IMG/VR virus record: IMGVR_UViG_3300009126_000404
Span: 1 to 64,000 of that record
DNA length: 64,000 nt
Strand: one strand, 5' to 3'
Source of the DNA: a virus
Below, in pieces: positions 1 to 9,096 of the stretch (positions are counted from its first letter, which is position 1; the number at the start of each line of letters is the position of its first letter). The notes beneath the pieces are model-generated. The model made no database searches. It saw only the letters and a list, made by a program, of their open reading frames with translations, and was not told the origin of the DNA. A program made the position numbers and the translations under genes.

Positions 1-258
1 TCAATAGCGGCAGTTTACTTTTCATTGCAGGGCAAAATATCACAACTACAACTAGATGTTATTCGAATGCAAGATACTTCGGAATTGAATACAGAATTCC
101 GTATTAAGTGGCCCAGAGGAGAACTTGGTGCATTACCAGATGATGCTGTACAAGACATAAACATTGAATATCTTAAAGAAGAAATAGAAGAGACTAAGGA
201 AGTTCTTGAAGAATTAGAAGAAGAACTAGAAAAACACATAAGAGCCCAAGGACAGTAA
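1..258 (+). CDS. hypothetical protein, 5'-truncated, acidic coiled-coil C-terminus
   Basis: Frame 1 is open from base 1 (SIAAVYFSLQGK...) to TAA at 256-258; EEIEETKEVLEELEEEL is coiled-coil-like. Confidence 0.6.
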   Translation, partial: SIAAVYFSLQGKISQLQLDVIRMQDTSELNTEFRIKWPRGELGALPDDAVQDINIEYLKEEIEETKEVLEELEEELEKHIRAQGQ

Positions 259-259
259 T

Positions 260-331
260 ATGAAAGATTTACCTAGCTGTCCTGGATGTGGTCATTCAAT
301 AGAAAAATGTATATGTGGAAGTGGAGAATAA
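260..331 (+). CDS. 23-aa Cys-rich microprotein [23 protein letters not shown]
   Basis: Read by hand: ATG at 260 just after the previous stop, TAA at 329-331, fills the gap exactly; CxxC and CxC motifs. Confidence 0.4.
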   Translation: MKDLPSCPGCGHSIEKCICGSGE

Positions 332-335
332 TAAA

Positions 336-500
336 ATGAAAAAATGGAAATGCTTATTTTGTGGCTACATATATGATGAAGCCGCAGGTGACCCAGACGA
401 AGGCCTAGCACCAGGCACACGTTGGGAAGATATAGATGATGATTGGTTTTGTCCAGACTGCGGTGCAAGTAAAGCAGATTTTGAGATGATAGAAATATAA
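336..500 (+). CDS. rubredoxin
   Basis: 54 aa with CLFCG and WFCPDCG and the typical [14 protein letters not shown] spacing; GGAG at 323-326 favours ATG 336 over GTG 315. Confidence 0.92.
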   Translation: MKKWKCLFCGYIYDEAAGDPDEGLAPGTRWEDIDDDWFCPDCGASKADFEMIEI

Positions 501-501
501 T

Positions 502-621
502 ATGATGGAACTATTACAAACAGAAGTAACTGTAAATCAAGTAATGTTGTTTGTTATGTTTGTTGTAGTCGCTTTCTTAGTATTTTGTTCTTGCTCTAAT
601 ATCATGATAAAGAAAGACTGA
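502..621 (+). CDS. 39-aa single-TM membrane microprotein
   Basis: Read by hand: MMELLQTEVTVNQVMLFVMFVVVAFLVFCSCSNIMIKKD; fills the gap between rubredoxin and the promoter. Confidence 0.45.
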   Translation: MMELLQTEVTVNQVMLFVMFVVVAFLVFCSCSNIMIKKD

Positions 622-628
622 ATATCGC

Positions 629-657
629 TTGACAGGTGACCTCTTTAAGCGTATACT
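629..657 (+). promoter_or_regulatory. sigma70-type promoter
   Basis: TTGACA (629-634), 17 bp, TATACT (652-657), upstream of proX. Confidence 0.8.
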
Positions 658-723
658 ATAAGTAATAAGTTAGTACTATTAACTAATTTATGGTCAAAGT
701 TTATAAACTCTAAGGAGAAAATA

Positions 724-1722
724 ATGAAACGTTTTATGACAATACTCGGCTTTGTGTTAATGTCAGCAATTGCAAGTGCTGGCTTATTTACTGCAAAAGC
801 GGATGATATAAAAATTGCCGAGTTAAACTGGCAATCAGGTTCAATGATAGCCAGCATTGACGCTTATATATTAAAACATGGCTACGGACACAATATTGAA
901 ATTGTTCCAGGCGGAATTGACGCAACAATACAATCAATGATGGCAACAGGCTCACCTAATATATTTGGCGAAGCATGGACTTCATTATTGGGCGATAGTG
1001 CTCACGAATATATTGCTAACGGAGATCTTTTACAAGTAAGAGATGAAGTTGTAACAGGAGCTGGAGAAGGTTGGTTTATACCAAGTTATATAGCTGAAGA
1101 ATATGGTCTTAATACTATTGAAGATGTATTAGCAAGACCTGACTTATTCCCACATCCAGAAGATCCTAGCAAGGGTGGAATTGTAATTTGTCCTGAAGGT
1201 TGGAGTTGTAAAAAACATAACGAAAATCTATTTAGAGCATATGACATGGAAGCCAAAGGCTGGAAAATTATTGATCCAGGATCAGGTACTGGTTTAAATG
1301 CTTATTGGGAAGGACAAGTTGTCAAAAACAAAAGTGCATTTGGGTACTATTGGACACCTACTGTATTAGTAGGACGTTTAAATCTAATGGCACTTCCTTC
1401 TACTGAAGGCTATGCAGGAGATGATAATTGGACAAATTGTATTTCTAGAGCAGTTGATGAATGTGCTAATCCACAAGCGTCATCTTGGCCTACATCTAAA
1501 ACAGGAACTATTGTTACGCCAGGACTTCATCCAGCCGTAATGGTTTATCTTTCTAAAAGAGGATTTGATGGAAGTATTATTACTTCAATGCTAGTTTGGT
1601 CAGATGATAATCAAGCAACAGCAGATGAAGCCGCAGTTGAATTTTTAAGACAACATCCAGAAATTTGGACAAAATGGGTAACACCTGAAGCCGCAACAAG
1701 AATTACTGCGTCTTTAAATTAA
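724..1722 (+). CDS. proX: glycine betaine/choline/carnitine ABC transporter substrate-binding protein (ProX/OpuAC family)
   Basis: Signal peptide; IKIAELNWQS, GEAWT, EGWFIP, CPEGWSC, FGYYWTP motifs; AAGGAG RBS; followed by a proW-like gene. Confidence 0.85.
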   Translation: MKRFMTILGFVLMSAIASAGLFTAKADDIKIAELNWQSGSMIASIDAYILKHGYGHNIEIVPGGIDATIQSMMATGSPNIFGEAWTSLLGDSAHEYIANGDLLQVRDEVVTGAGEGWFIPSYIAEEYGLNTIEDVLARPDLFPHPEDPSKGGIVICPEGWSCKKHNENLFRAYDMEAKGWKIIDPGSGTGLNAYWEGQVVKNKSAFGYYWTPTVLVGRLNLMALPSTEGYAGDDNWTNCISRAVDECANPQASSWPTSKTGTIVTPGLHPAVMVYLSKRGFDGSIITSMLVWSDDNQATADEAAVEFLRQHPEIWTKWVTPEAATRITASLN

Positions 1723-1733
1723 GGTGATACATA

Positions 1734-2603
1734 TTGAACTTTCCATCTTTAGATAGAGAAACTATCACAGTTCTTAAGAAGTCTATTGACAGTACATTTA
1801 GAGAGTTTGCTAGTAATTGGGGAGAATGGTTTACAGAACTGCTCTCCCCAATTCATTGGCTACTTATTCATTTTGAGAAACTATTAATTGCTACGCCTTG
1901 GTATATATTTTTAGGTTTAACAAGTTTATTACTTTGGAAAGTAACACAAAACTGGAAACTAATATTAGGTTTCTTAATTAGTTTTAACTTAATTGGTTTA
2001 GTTGGTATGTGGGACGACACAATGCGAACACTAGCCATTGTAGTTGTTTCTACTCTTGTTTGTATAGTTGTCGGTATTCCTACAGGAATATTAATGGCAA
2101 AGAACAATTTAGCACAAAGAATTATCTTACCCATACTAGATTTAATGCAAACTATTCCAAGTTTTGTATATCTAATTCCTGTTATAATGTTATTTGGACT
2201 TGGCAAAGTTCCAGGCTTAATTGCTATAAGTGTCTTTGCTATACCTCCAGTGATTAGGTTTACAAATATTGGCATTCGAGAAATTGATAAAGATTTAACA
2301 GAAACAGCACACGCATTAGGATTAAGACCTATGCATATTTTAAGACTAATTGAATTACCACTGGCACGTAATGTTATACTTGGTGGAGTAAATCAAACAG
2401 TTATGATGGCTTTAGCAATGGTTGTTATTGCTAGTATGATTGGAGTACGAGGATTAGGCTCTCAAGTTATGAACTCAATAGGTAATGGATACTTAGGATT
2501 GGGTGTAATAAGTGGATTATCCATTGTAGCATTAGCAATCATTATAGATAGAGCAATACAATCACATAATAAACGCCATGATAAATGGAGAGATTATAAA
2601 TAG
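1734..2603 (+). CDS. proW: glycine betaine/proline ABC transporter permease (ProW family)
   Basis: LDLMQTIPSFVYLIPVIMLFGLG and EAA-loop (ETAHALG...IELPLA); multiple TM segments; TTG start after AAGGTG. Confidence 0.9.
   Translation: MNFPSLDRETITVLKKSIDSTFREFASNWGEWFTELLSPIHWLLIHFEKLLIATPWYIFLGLTSLLLWKVTQNWKLILGFLISFNLIGLVGMWDDTMRTLAIVVVSTLVCIVVGIPTGILMAKNNLAQRIILPILDLMQTIPSFVYLIPVIMLFGLGKVPGLIAISVFAIPPVIRFTNIGIREIDKDLTETAHALGLRPMHILRLIELPLARNVILGGVNQTVMMALAMVVIASMIGVRGLGSQVMNSIGNGYLGLGVISGLSIVALAIIIDRAIQSHNKRHDKWRDYK
2595..2602 (+). promoter_or_regulatory. T4 late-promoter-like box TATAAATA
   Basis: Exact T4 gp55 consensus 23 bp upstream of the first TauD-like gene; the AT-rich background lowers confidence. 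Confidence 0.35.
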
Positions 2604-2624
2604 TGTTAATAAAGGATTAGGTCA

Positions 2625-3491
2625 ATGAAACAAATAAAAGATTATACTGATGCCGAAATAATAGACGAAGCACAACGTATACTAACAGAAGGCTTTACCC
2701 TTCATTATGATCAGGAATTTACTCAAAGAGAATTAGTAGACTATTGTAAACGAATAGGCAATACTGATGATGATATGTTAGGGTATATGCAATTTAACCC
2801 TAAAGATAATCCAGATATATCAATTGTTTCTCCTGACCCAAGAATGTTGTTAGGACACAATGATTTAGAATGGCATTCAAATGGAACTGTACATCATGTA
2901 GTTGACGGTAAATGGGGACACAAAGAATGGTTAATTTGTTTATACTGTAAAGATTATTGCCCAGACACAGTTTTATCAGTAAGCAATAATCGTGATGCTT
3001 TTTTAGACTTACCAAAAGAAGAAAAGGATTGGTGGAGAGGTGTTGAAGTACAACTAAACAATAATGGTGGAAGTATATTAGGAAAGTATTATCATCAGAG
3101 CAAAGAAGCAATGACAGATGAAGATAGAGTTATTCCTATTGATGATGGATACAGAAAAGAATATAAAGAAATTCCAGAACACACCGGCGATGAGCGTATG
3201 CCTGTTGTTAATATTCATCCAGTTGGTGGGCAAGAATTTTTATATTGGCAACCACCTTTGATTACTAAAGCATGGTTTGATGGTGAACTTATAAATGACT
3301 TAAATGGATTACAACAAAAATTTGATAAGGTTATTAATAGAACCAAGTACATCAAAGACATTGTGTTTAGGCCCGGTGATATATTAATTATGGATCAATT
3401 TTATACACTACACAGACGTTCGCCAATAATGAATAAGAATAGAGAACTTTGGCGTGTTGCTATAGACTATACAAATTCTATAGACAAGTAG
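2625..3491 (+). CDS. TauD/TfdA-family Fe(II)/2-oxoglutarate dioxygenase-like protein (HxN variant)
   Basis: LEWHSNG, VNIHPVGG, FRPGDILIMDQFYTLHRR...RELWR match the TauD core; clear paralog of the next gene. Confidence 0.7.
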   Translation: MKQIKDYTDAEIIDEAQRILTEGFTLHYDQEFTQRELVDYCKRIGNTDDDMLGYMQFNPKDNPDISIVSPDPRMLLGHNDLEWHSNGTVHHVVDGKWGHKEWLICLYCKDYCPDTVLSVSNNRDAFLDLPKEEKDWWRGVEVQLNNNGGSILGKYYHQSKEAMTDEDRVIPIDDGYRKEYKEIPEHTGDERMPVVNIHPVGGQEFLYWQPPLITKAWFDGELINDLNGLQQKFDKVINRTKYIKDIVFRPGDILIMDQFYTLHRRSPIMNKNRELWRVAIDYTNSIDK

Positions 3492-3501
3492 GAGAATTAA
3501 C

Positions 3502-4425
3502 ATGATGAAAAAAATAACAGACTATACAGATTTCGAATTAAGAGAAGCAGTTGACATACTGTTACGAAATGGCCATGTATTATTTCACGATCAATACTTA
3601 ACACAAGATGAATTAGTAGAGTTTTGTAGACGAATAGGCAATACTGATGATTCTAATCCATCTATGGGACACATGGAGTTTAACCCAAAAGATAATCCAG
3701 ATATTTCCCTAATCACAACACAACCAGTAGGAAAGTCACCACATGGAATGTTTGGCCCAACAGACTTAGTATATCACGGAGATGGTGGTATGTGTCATGT
3801 TGGTGAATTTAAAGAATTATTAACAGGATTATATTGTGTAGGGTCATGTCCTGATACTGTATTAAGTTTATTAAACACTAATAAAGCATTTAGTTATTTT
3901 ACAGAAGAAGAAAAAGAATATTGGCGTAATGTAGAAACACAATTAAATGGTCAAGAAAAAGGAATATATGGAACTTATGAAGAGATGAAAAGAGATGGAA
4001 GTATGAAAGCCATTGACGGTGTTCAAGAAGCCTATAAAACTCCAATATACCATTATGATGATGAAAGACAAAACGTAGTTAATGTACACCCATATACCGA
4101 TAAAGAATTTATGTTATGGCAACCTGCATTTATCTGCAAAGCGTGGTACAAAGGCGAACCAATTGACGTAGATGAAATACAAAAGAAGTTTCGGAAGGCA
4201 TTAGTTCAAGGAAAGAATATAACAGACTTTGTTCTTAGAGAAGGCGACTTCTTAATTTGTGATCAATACTATACACTACACAGACGTTCATGGGTTAATA
4301 GTGCTGAGAGAATGATATGGCGAACAGCATTTGATTATTCTACATTATTAGGACCTGATAGTGTGTATGATAGTAGCATTGAAGAACAAAAATACATTTC
4401 ACGTAAACGCAAGAACAAAAGTTAA
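3502..4425 (+). CDS. TauD/TfdA-family Fe(II)/2-oxoglutarate dioxygenase
   Basis: YHGDG (HxD), VNVHPYT, LREGDFLICDQYYTLHRR...RMIWR. Confidence 0.75.
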   Translation: MMKKITDYTDFELREAVDILLRNGHVLFHDQYLTQDELVEFCRRIGNTDDSNPSMGHMEFNPKDNPDISLITTQPVGKSPHGMFGPTDLVYHGDGGMCHVGEFKELLTGLYCVGSCPDTVLSLLNTNKAFSYFTEEEKEYWRNVETQLNGQEKGIYGTYEEMKRDGSMKAIDGVQEAYKTPIYHYDDERQNVVNVHPYTDKEFMLWQPAFICKAWYKGEPIDVDEIQKKFRKALVQGKNITDFVLREGDFLICDQYYTLHRRSWVNSAERMIWRTAFDYSTLLGPDSVYDSSIEEQKYISRKRKNKS

Positions 4426-4430
4426 ACATT

Positions 4431-5864
4431 ATGTTAAAACAAAAACAAAAACCATTAAGCGATGATCAGATATTTCTAAGTTCATCAACTGAACAGATTA
4501 CTTGGGGCGAACTACATGCAAATCTTGATGCTAAAGTAGAAAGATTAAAAGAGCATGGAATTGGACCACACGTTGTTTTTGTAGTAGCAGAAGAGCAAGT
4601 AACAATAGATGATTACTTATGGATACTTGCTAGTATTAAGAACGGTGGGTCAGCTACACAAGCAGATGGTAGACAATCTAAAATGGAATTAGATGGGTTA
4701 ATTGCAGGCTGTAAAGCAATATGTATTATACGAAGTAATGAGATAACCATGCTAACAGACGATTTGACACCCACAATCCTACATCCATTAGAAGTTTATA
4801 GAGGTATGACAAGTGGAACTACAGTTAAAGAATTCTTTGAAATGTATCCTTTCTTTTGGGATTATGAAGACCACGAAAACGCAATTGTAGATGGACAAAC
4901 ACTATTAGGTTGTACAGCACATGCTTCAACACAACATTTATTTGCAATAGCACCAGAGTTTGAATTTGCTCAACGTCCCTATATACTTTGCACACACGGA
5001 TTTACAGCAACATACAATCCATATAACTTATTAAGAATGTATTATATAGGTGGCGGATTACACTTCTTAAACTATGGTGATAATATTCCAGAACAAATAC
5101 AAAAAGCAAATCCCAATTGTTGTATCTCATATCCTAATGCTGTTAAAAGAATAGTTGATGCATGTCCAGATGATTTCAATTGGAATGGAATCAAATATTG
5201 GGAAATGTCAGGTGGGCATACTCCAGAATCAATTGTTAGAAGTATTGAGAAAAAGTTTAACTTTGTATGTATGCACAACATGATGGCAAGTACAGAAGCA
5301 GACTGTCATTCTAGTGCAAAATATAGACCCGGTGATCCAATAGAAAACTTTTATGGATTTGTACACGACCCTAAATTTTATAATGGCGAACTTAAATATG
5401 ATGATGAGGGTGTACTTTGGTATAGGTATGGAACACTTGATTGGCAAACAGATGGCGATAAGTTTGAGAATAGAAATGGTGCCTGGTTTTATACAGGCAG
5501 AGTGTTCGATGATGTTATTTTTATGAAAGGTGGTGTCAAGATTTATACAGGAATGGTTGAGGCTAAGGCACTTGAAACTCCTGGCGTTGAAAACGTTGCT
5601 AGTTGTGAGAAAGACGAACTTCATTACTTAATATATACAGGAGATGCATCAGCAAAGGATATTGCAAAAAGTTTTAAAGAAATGCAACCATCTAAAAGAC
5701 CACACAACATATATCATGTTACTGATGAACTATTCTTTGGACAATCAAGTGAAACACTAACTCCACAAAAACTACAAAAACATAAATTAGCAGAAATTGT
5801 TTTAAATGGGCCTGCAGATCAAAGACTAGAACATATTAATCTTAAAGATCACTCTCAAGTATAA
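4431..5864 (+). CDS. ANL-superfamily adenylating enzyme (acyl-CoA ligase/AMP-binding-like), divergent
   Basis: MTSGTT P-loop, ASTE (YGxTE-like), TDGD, TGRVFDDVIFMKGGVKI, LTPQKLQK terminal Lys motif. Confidence 0.7.
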   Translation: MLKQKQKPLSDDQIFLSSSTEQITWGELHANLDAKVERLKEHGIGPHVVFVVAEEQVTIDDYLWILASIKNGGSATQADGRQSKMELDGLIAGCKAICIIRSNEITMLTDDLTPTILHPLEVYRGMTSGTTVKEFFEMYPFFWDYEDHENAIVDGQTLLGCTAHASTQHLFAIAPEFEFAQRPYILCTHGFTATYNPYNLLRMYYIGGGLHFLNYGDNIPEQIQKANPNCCISYPNAVKRIVDACPDDFNWNGIKYWEMSGGHTPESIVRSIEKKFNFVCMHNMMASTEADCHSSAKYRPGDPIENFYGFVHDPKFYNGELKYDDEGVLWYRYGTLDWQTDGDKFENRNGAWFYTGRVFDDVIFMKGGVKIYTGMVEAKALETPGVENVASCEKDELHYLIYTGDASAKDIAKSFKEMQPSKRPHNIYHVTDELFFGQSSETLTPQKLQKHKLAEIVLNGPADQRLEHINLKDHSQV

Positions 5865-5866
5865 TA

Positions 5867-6874
5867 ATGAATTGGCTAAAACAAATACACCATATGCAAA
5901 TTGATATTACAAGTTATTGTAACGCAAGGTGTGGTGCGTGTGCTAGAAACATAGCTGGAGGAAAAACACAGCCGTGGTTACAATTAAGTCACTTTGATAA
6001 ACATATTTGGTATCGTTTATTTACTGAAGATACTATTGATACAGAAATACTTAAATTAAAACTTAATGGAAATTGGGGAGACCCAGGTATGCATCCTGAT
6101 TTACCTGAATTAATTTCTGTGTTTGGTAAATGTAATCCAGAAGCATCTGTACAAATTTGTACTAATGGTGGAACACATAATGAAGAATGGTGGGGTAGTT
6201 TAGGCAATGCATTATCTAGAGATACAAAATATCATGCTGTTGATTTTGCTATTGATGGACTAGAAGACACACATTTAATATATAGGCGCTCAACAGATTA
6301 TAATAAAATATTAGCAAATGCAATATCTTTTGCTAAAGCAGGTGGAAAAAGTCGTTGGATAATGACATTGTTTGATTATAATATACATCAAATAGATGAA
6401 GCAATTGAGGTAGCAAGAAAGAATAACTTTACGTCAATTAAATTTAGATATAGTCATACAAAAAATGCATTAGTTGAAACACCAACAGAAGAATACAGGT
6501 TACATACTGATAAAGCAGATAAAGTTACATTGCCAGACACAGTATATTTTAATAATTCAGTAATGTTTTCTGAAAACTCAACAAAACATACAACTGATAG
6601 TAAATGCCCATGGTATAGAGATGAACGAATACAAATTGGGCCGTGGGGCAATGTGTGGCCATGTTGCTATATTGCAGATGTAATGGAAGGAATAACTGAG
6701 ATAAACCAACAAGAACAGTTAGAAAAAGAAATGCCTAATCAAGAATGGAACAATTTAACAAATCACTCATTAAATGACATACTTAGTCATAAATGGTTCA
6801 ATAGTACATTAAATAGTGCTGTAGAGCACGGTAAGTATGCTGTATGTATAAATAATTGTGAAATAACAACATGA
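5867..6874 (+). CDS. radical SAM protein with C-terminal SPASM/twitch-type domain
   Basis: CNARCGAC, GNWGDP, ICTNGG, FAIDGLE; C-terminal KCPW...VWPCCY...C..NC. Confidence 0.9.
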   Translation: MNWLKQIHHMQIDITSYCNARCGACARNIAGGKTQPWLQLSHFDKHIWYRLFTEDTIDTEILKLKLNGNWGDPGMHPDLPELISVFGKCNPEASVQICTNGGTHNEEWWGSLGNALSRDTKYHAVDFAIDGLEDTHLIYRRSTDYNKILANAISFAKAGGKSRWIMTLFDYNIHQIDEAIEVARKNNFTSIKFRYSHTKNALVETPTEEYRLHTDKADKVTLPDTVYFNNSVMFSENSTKHTTDSKCPWYRDERIQIGPWGNVWPCCYIADVMEGITEINQQEQLEKEMPNQEWNNLTNHSLNDILSHKWFNSTLNSAVEHGKYAVCINNCEITT

Positions 6875-7566
6875 ATGTAAATGACGCTATAAGAAAACGT
6901 AAATCAACACGTGCATTTTTAAATAAACAAGTGTATCCACATATTGTAATTAAAATACTAGAACAAGCAAAACGAGCACCAAGTGGCGATAATCATCAAC
7001 CTTGGGACGTTGTAGTACTTACTGGTAAAGCAAAAAACAACTTATGTATTAAGTTAGAAGAAGCATTTCGTTCAGGTAAACAACCTGTTATGGATTATGA
7101 ATACTATCCACAAGACAAAAAGTCTGAGAAAGATACTAAATGGTTTGGTAAGTATAAAGATAATAGAAAAGCATGTGGGATAGGGTTATACTCACAAATG
7201 GGTATTATTTCTAAAGGAATGCAAAAACAAAAAGACGACTTATATGCTAAAAACTACAGAGCTTTTGATGCACCCGTAATGCTATTATTCTTTATTGATA
7301 GAGAATTAGGGAAAGGTTCTTACGTAGACTATGGAATGTTTATACAATCTATTATGTTATTAGCAACAGAGAATGGACTAGCAACATGTTCACAAGGCTC
7401 GTTGGGTGAATATGCTGATATTATACGTGAAGAGTTGCCAAAGTACAAAGATAAGATAGTTTTATGTGGTATGAGTATGGGATATGAAGATCCATCAAAC
7501 CCAATTAATCAGTATAGAACTATGAGGCAAGACATAAACGAAATAGTAAAATATTATGACGAATAA
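6871..7566 (+). CDS. nitroreductase family protein
   Basis: AIRKRKSTRAF, RAPSGDNHQPW, AFDAPV, DYGMFIQSIML, GLATC, CGMSMGYED. Confidence 0.9.
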   Translation: MNVNDAIRKRKSTRAFLNKQVYPHIVIKILEQAKRAPSGDNHQPWDVVVLTGKAKNNLCIKLEEAFRSGKQPVMDYEYYPQDKKSEKDTKWFGKYKDNRKACGIGLYSQMGIISKGMQKQKDDLYAKNYRAFDAPVMLLFFIDRELGKGSYVDYGMFIQSIMLLATENGLATCSQGSLGEYADIIREELPKYKDKIVLCGMSMGYEDPSNPINQYRTMRQDINEIVKYYDE

Positions 7567-8158
7567 AGAACAAAAATGGCTCGATGAAGTATATGATAAA
7601 AATAATAGCGAGTTATATGACGAATGGGATAACTATCATGAACAAGTCATAGAAGGATTAGGATGGAAATGTCATACAATAGCGGCTAAATGGATTGCTG
7701 ATAACTTTCCAGAAGGAACCGAAGTTGCAGACATTGGATGTGGTAACGGTCAAGTGGGTATTGGATTAGCAGAACATGATTATAAAATTGATGGATATGA
7801 CTTAAATCTCAAAATGCTTGAAAGATTTATAGCAACAAACTATAGATCAATTAGTAAACATGACATTACTGAAAAAGCATTACCAAAGAAGTATAAATGT
7901 ATAACAGCAATAGGTGTATTAACAAAAGGTCATGTTAATTCTATTGCGGCAGAACATTTAGCAAACAGTTTAACAAACGACGGACTACTATTTTGTAGTA
8001 TGTCTAAGCACGATGGCGATTGGTTTTATGATGGTGGATGGAATGCACAATCATATTTAGATGTTGTAAATATTACACCAGTACACAGTTTAACCACCCC
8101 AGAAGGCATAAAAACGTATCATAATATGGTTATTTGGCGAAAGAAAGCAAGATCTTAG
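7556..8158 (+). CDS. class I SAM-dependent methyltransferase
   Basis: VADIGCGNG motif I, DGYDLN motif II, CITAIGVLTKGH. Confidence 0.8.
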   Translation: MTNKEQKWLDEVYDKNNSELYDEWDNYHEQVIEGLGWKCHTIAAKWIADNFPEGTEVADIGCGNGQVGIGLAEHDYKIDGYDLNLKMLERFIATNYRSISKHDITEKALPKKYKCITAIGVLTKGHVNSIAAEHLANSLTNDGLLFCSMSKHDGDWFYDGGWNAQSYLDVVNITPVHSLTTPEGIKTYHNMVIWRKKARS

Positions 8159-8187
8159 TTGACATCTTGGTAATAATGTATTATAAT
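8159..8187 (+). promoter_or_regulatory. perfect-consensus sigma70 promoter
   Basis: TTGACA (8159-8164), 17 bp, TATAAT (8182-8187). Confidence 0.85.
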
Positions 8188-8230
8188 AATAAAGAATTCG
8201 CAATAGATTTGCGATAGAAAAGGATATAAA

Positions 8231-8365
8231 ATGGGATATTTTATACTCGGGATTTTAATAGGATGGTTAGTACCTAGACCTAAATTAATAGGCAAGGTAG
8301 AATCATCTATATGGAGTCCAATTAAAGAAAGAATGCCAGAGAGCATAACTAAGCACTTTGGATAA
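8231..8365 (+). CDS. 44-aa membrane-anchored microprotein
   Basis: Read by hand: AAGGA RBS, MGYFILGILIGWLVPRPKL...ITKHFG; first gene after the promoter. Confidence 0.55.
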   Translation: MGYFILGILIGWLVPRPKLIGKVESSIWSPIKERMPESITKHFG

Positions 8366-8377
8366 AGAAGGAAGACA

Positions 8378-8623
8378 ATGAATACAGGTAAAATAAAATG
8401 GTTCAATCCTACAAAAGGATATGGATTTATCGAAGTCGGCGGCGGTAGTAAGGATGTGTTTTTACATATTTCTGCATTACAAGAAGCTGGTATCGATACT
8501 ATTACAGAAGGTGATGAAGTATCTTTTGAAATAGGTGAAAATAGAGGTAAAAGTACCGCTATTAATGTTAAAAAAGTCGCGAGCGACAGTAATACGCCAG
8601 CGGGTAACCCGCATATTGGTTAA
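8378..8623 (+). CDS. cspA: cold-shock domain protein
   Basis: [15 protein letters not shown] (RNP1) and DVFLHIS (RNP2). Confidence 0.95.
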   Translation: MNTGKIKWFNPTKGYGFIEVGGGSKDVFLHISALQEAGIDTITEGDEVSFEIGENRGKSTAINVKKVASDSNTPAGNPHIG

Positions 8624-8640
8624 ATCATAAGGAGAAAATT

Positions 8641-8823
8641 ATGAGTACTACAACACACGATGAAATTGTAACTAGTTACGAAACTTATCTTTCAGAGCAG
8701 GCAAACTTTGAAAACAAAGGTGTAAAAGCATCAGCGGCCCGTGCTAGGAAAGCACTAGGCGCAATTGGAAAACTTTCAAAAGCAAGACGAAAAGAAATCC
8801 AAGAAAAGAAAAACAATCTATAG
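8641..8823 (+). CDS. small basic histone H1-like (Hc1-type) protein
   Basis: KGVKASAARARKALGAIGKLSKARRKEIQEKK resembles the Hc1-like family common in large phages (recall). Confidence 0.6.
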   Translation: MSTTTHDEIVTSYETYLSEQANFENKGVKASAARARKALGAIGKLSKARRKEIQEKKNNL

Positions 8824-8835
8824 GGAAGAACTACT

Positions 8836-9096
8836 ATGTTTAACCTAGGAGATTGGCCAACTTTAACTGAAATATTTTTTGGCAAAGGTGTTGACCCAGC
8901 CAAGTATAAAGGAAGTATGATTCCTAGTTACTTGTCTGGTAAAACAAGTATGACCACAAAGAAGCCAGTTAAAACAACGGCAAAAAAGAAGATACGAGTA
9001 TCATCTAAAGGTAAAATAATTAAGAAGAAGCCTATTACGGAGGTGAAGTCAGCTACTTCTAAAGCCAAAGGAAAAAAAGCATCAAAAAAAAACTAA
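8836..9096 (+). CDS. Lys-rich basic protein, possible nucleic-acid binder
   Basis: C-terminal half is very K/A/S/T-rich; GGGAAG RBS; ends in an A9 run. Confidence 0.55.
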   Translation: MFNLGDWPTLTEIFFGKGVDPAKYKGSMIPSYLSGKTSMTTKKPVKTTAKKKIRVSSKGKIIKKKPITEVKSATSKAKGKKASKKN

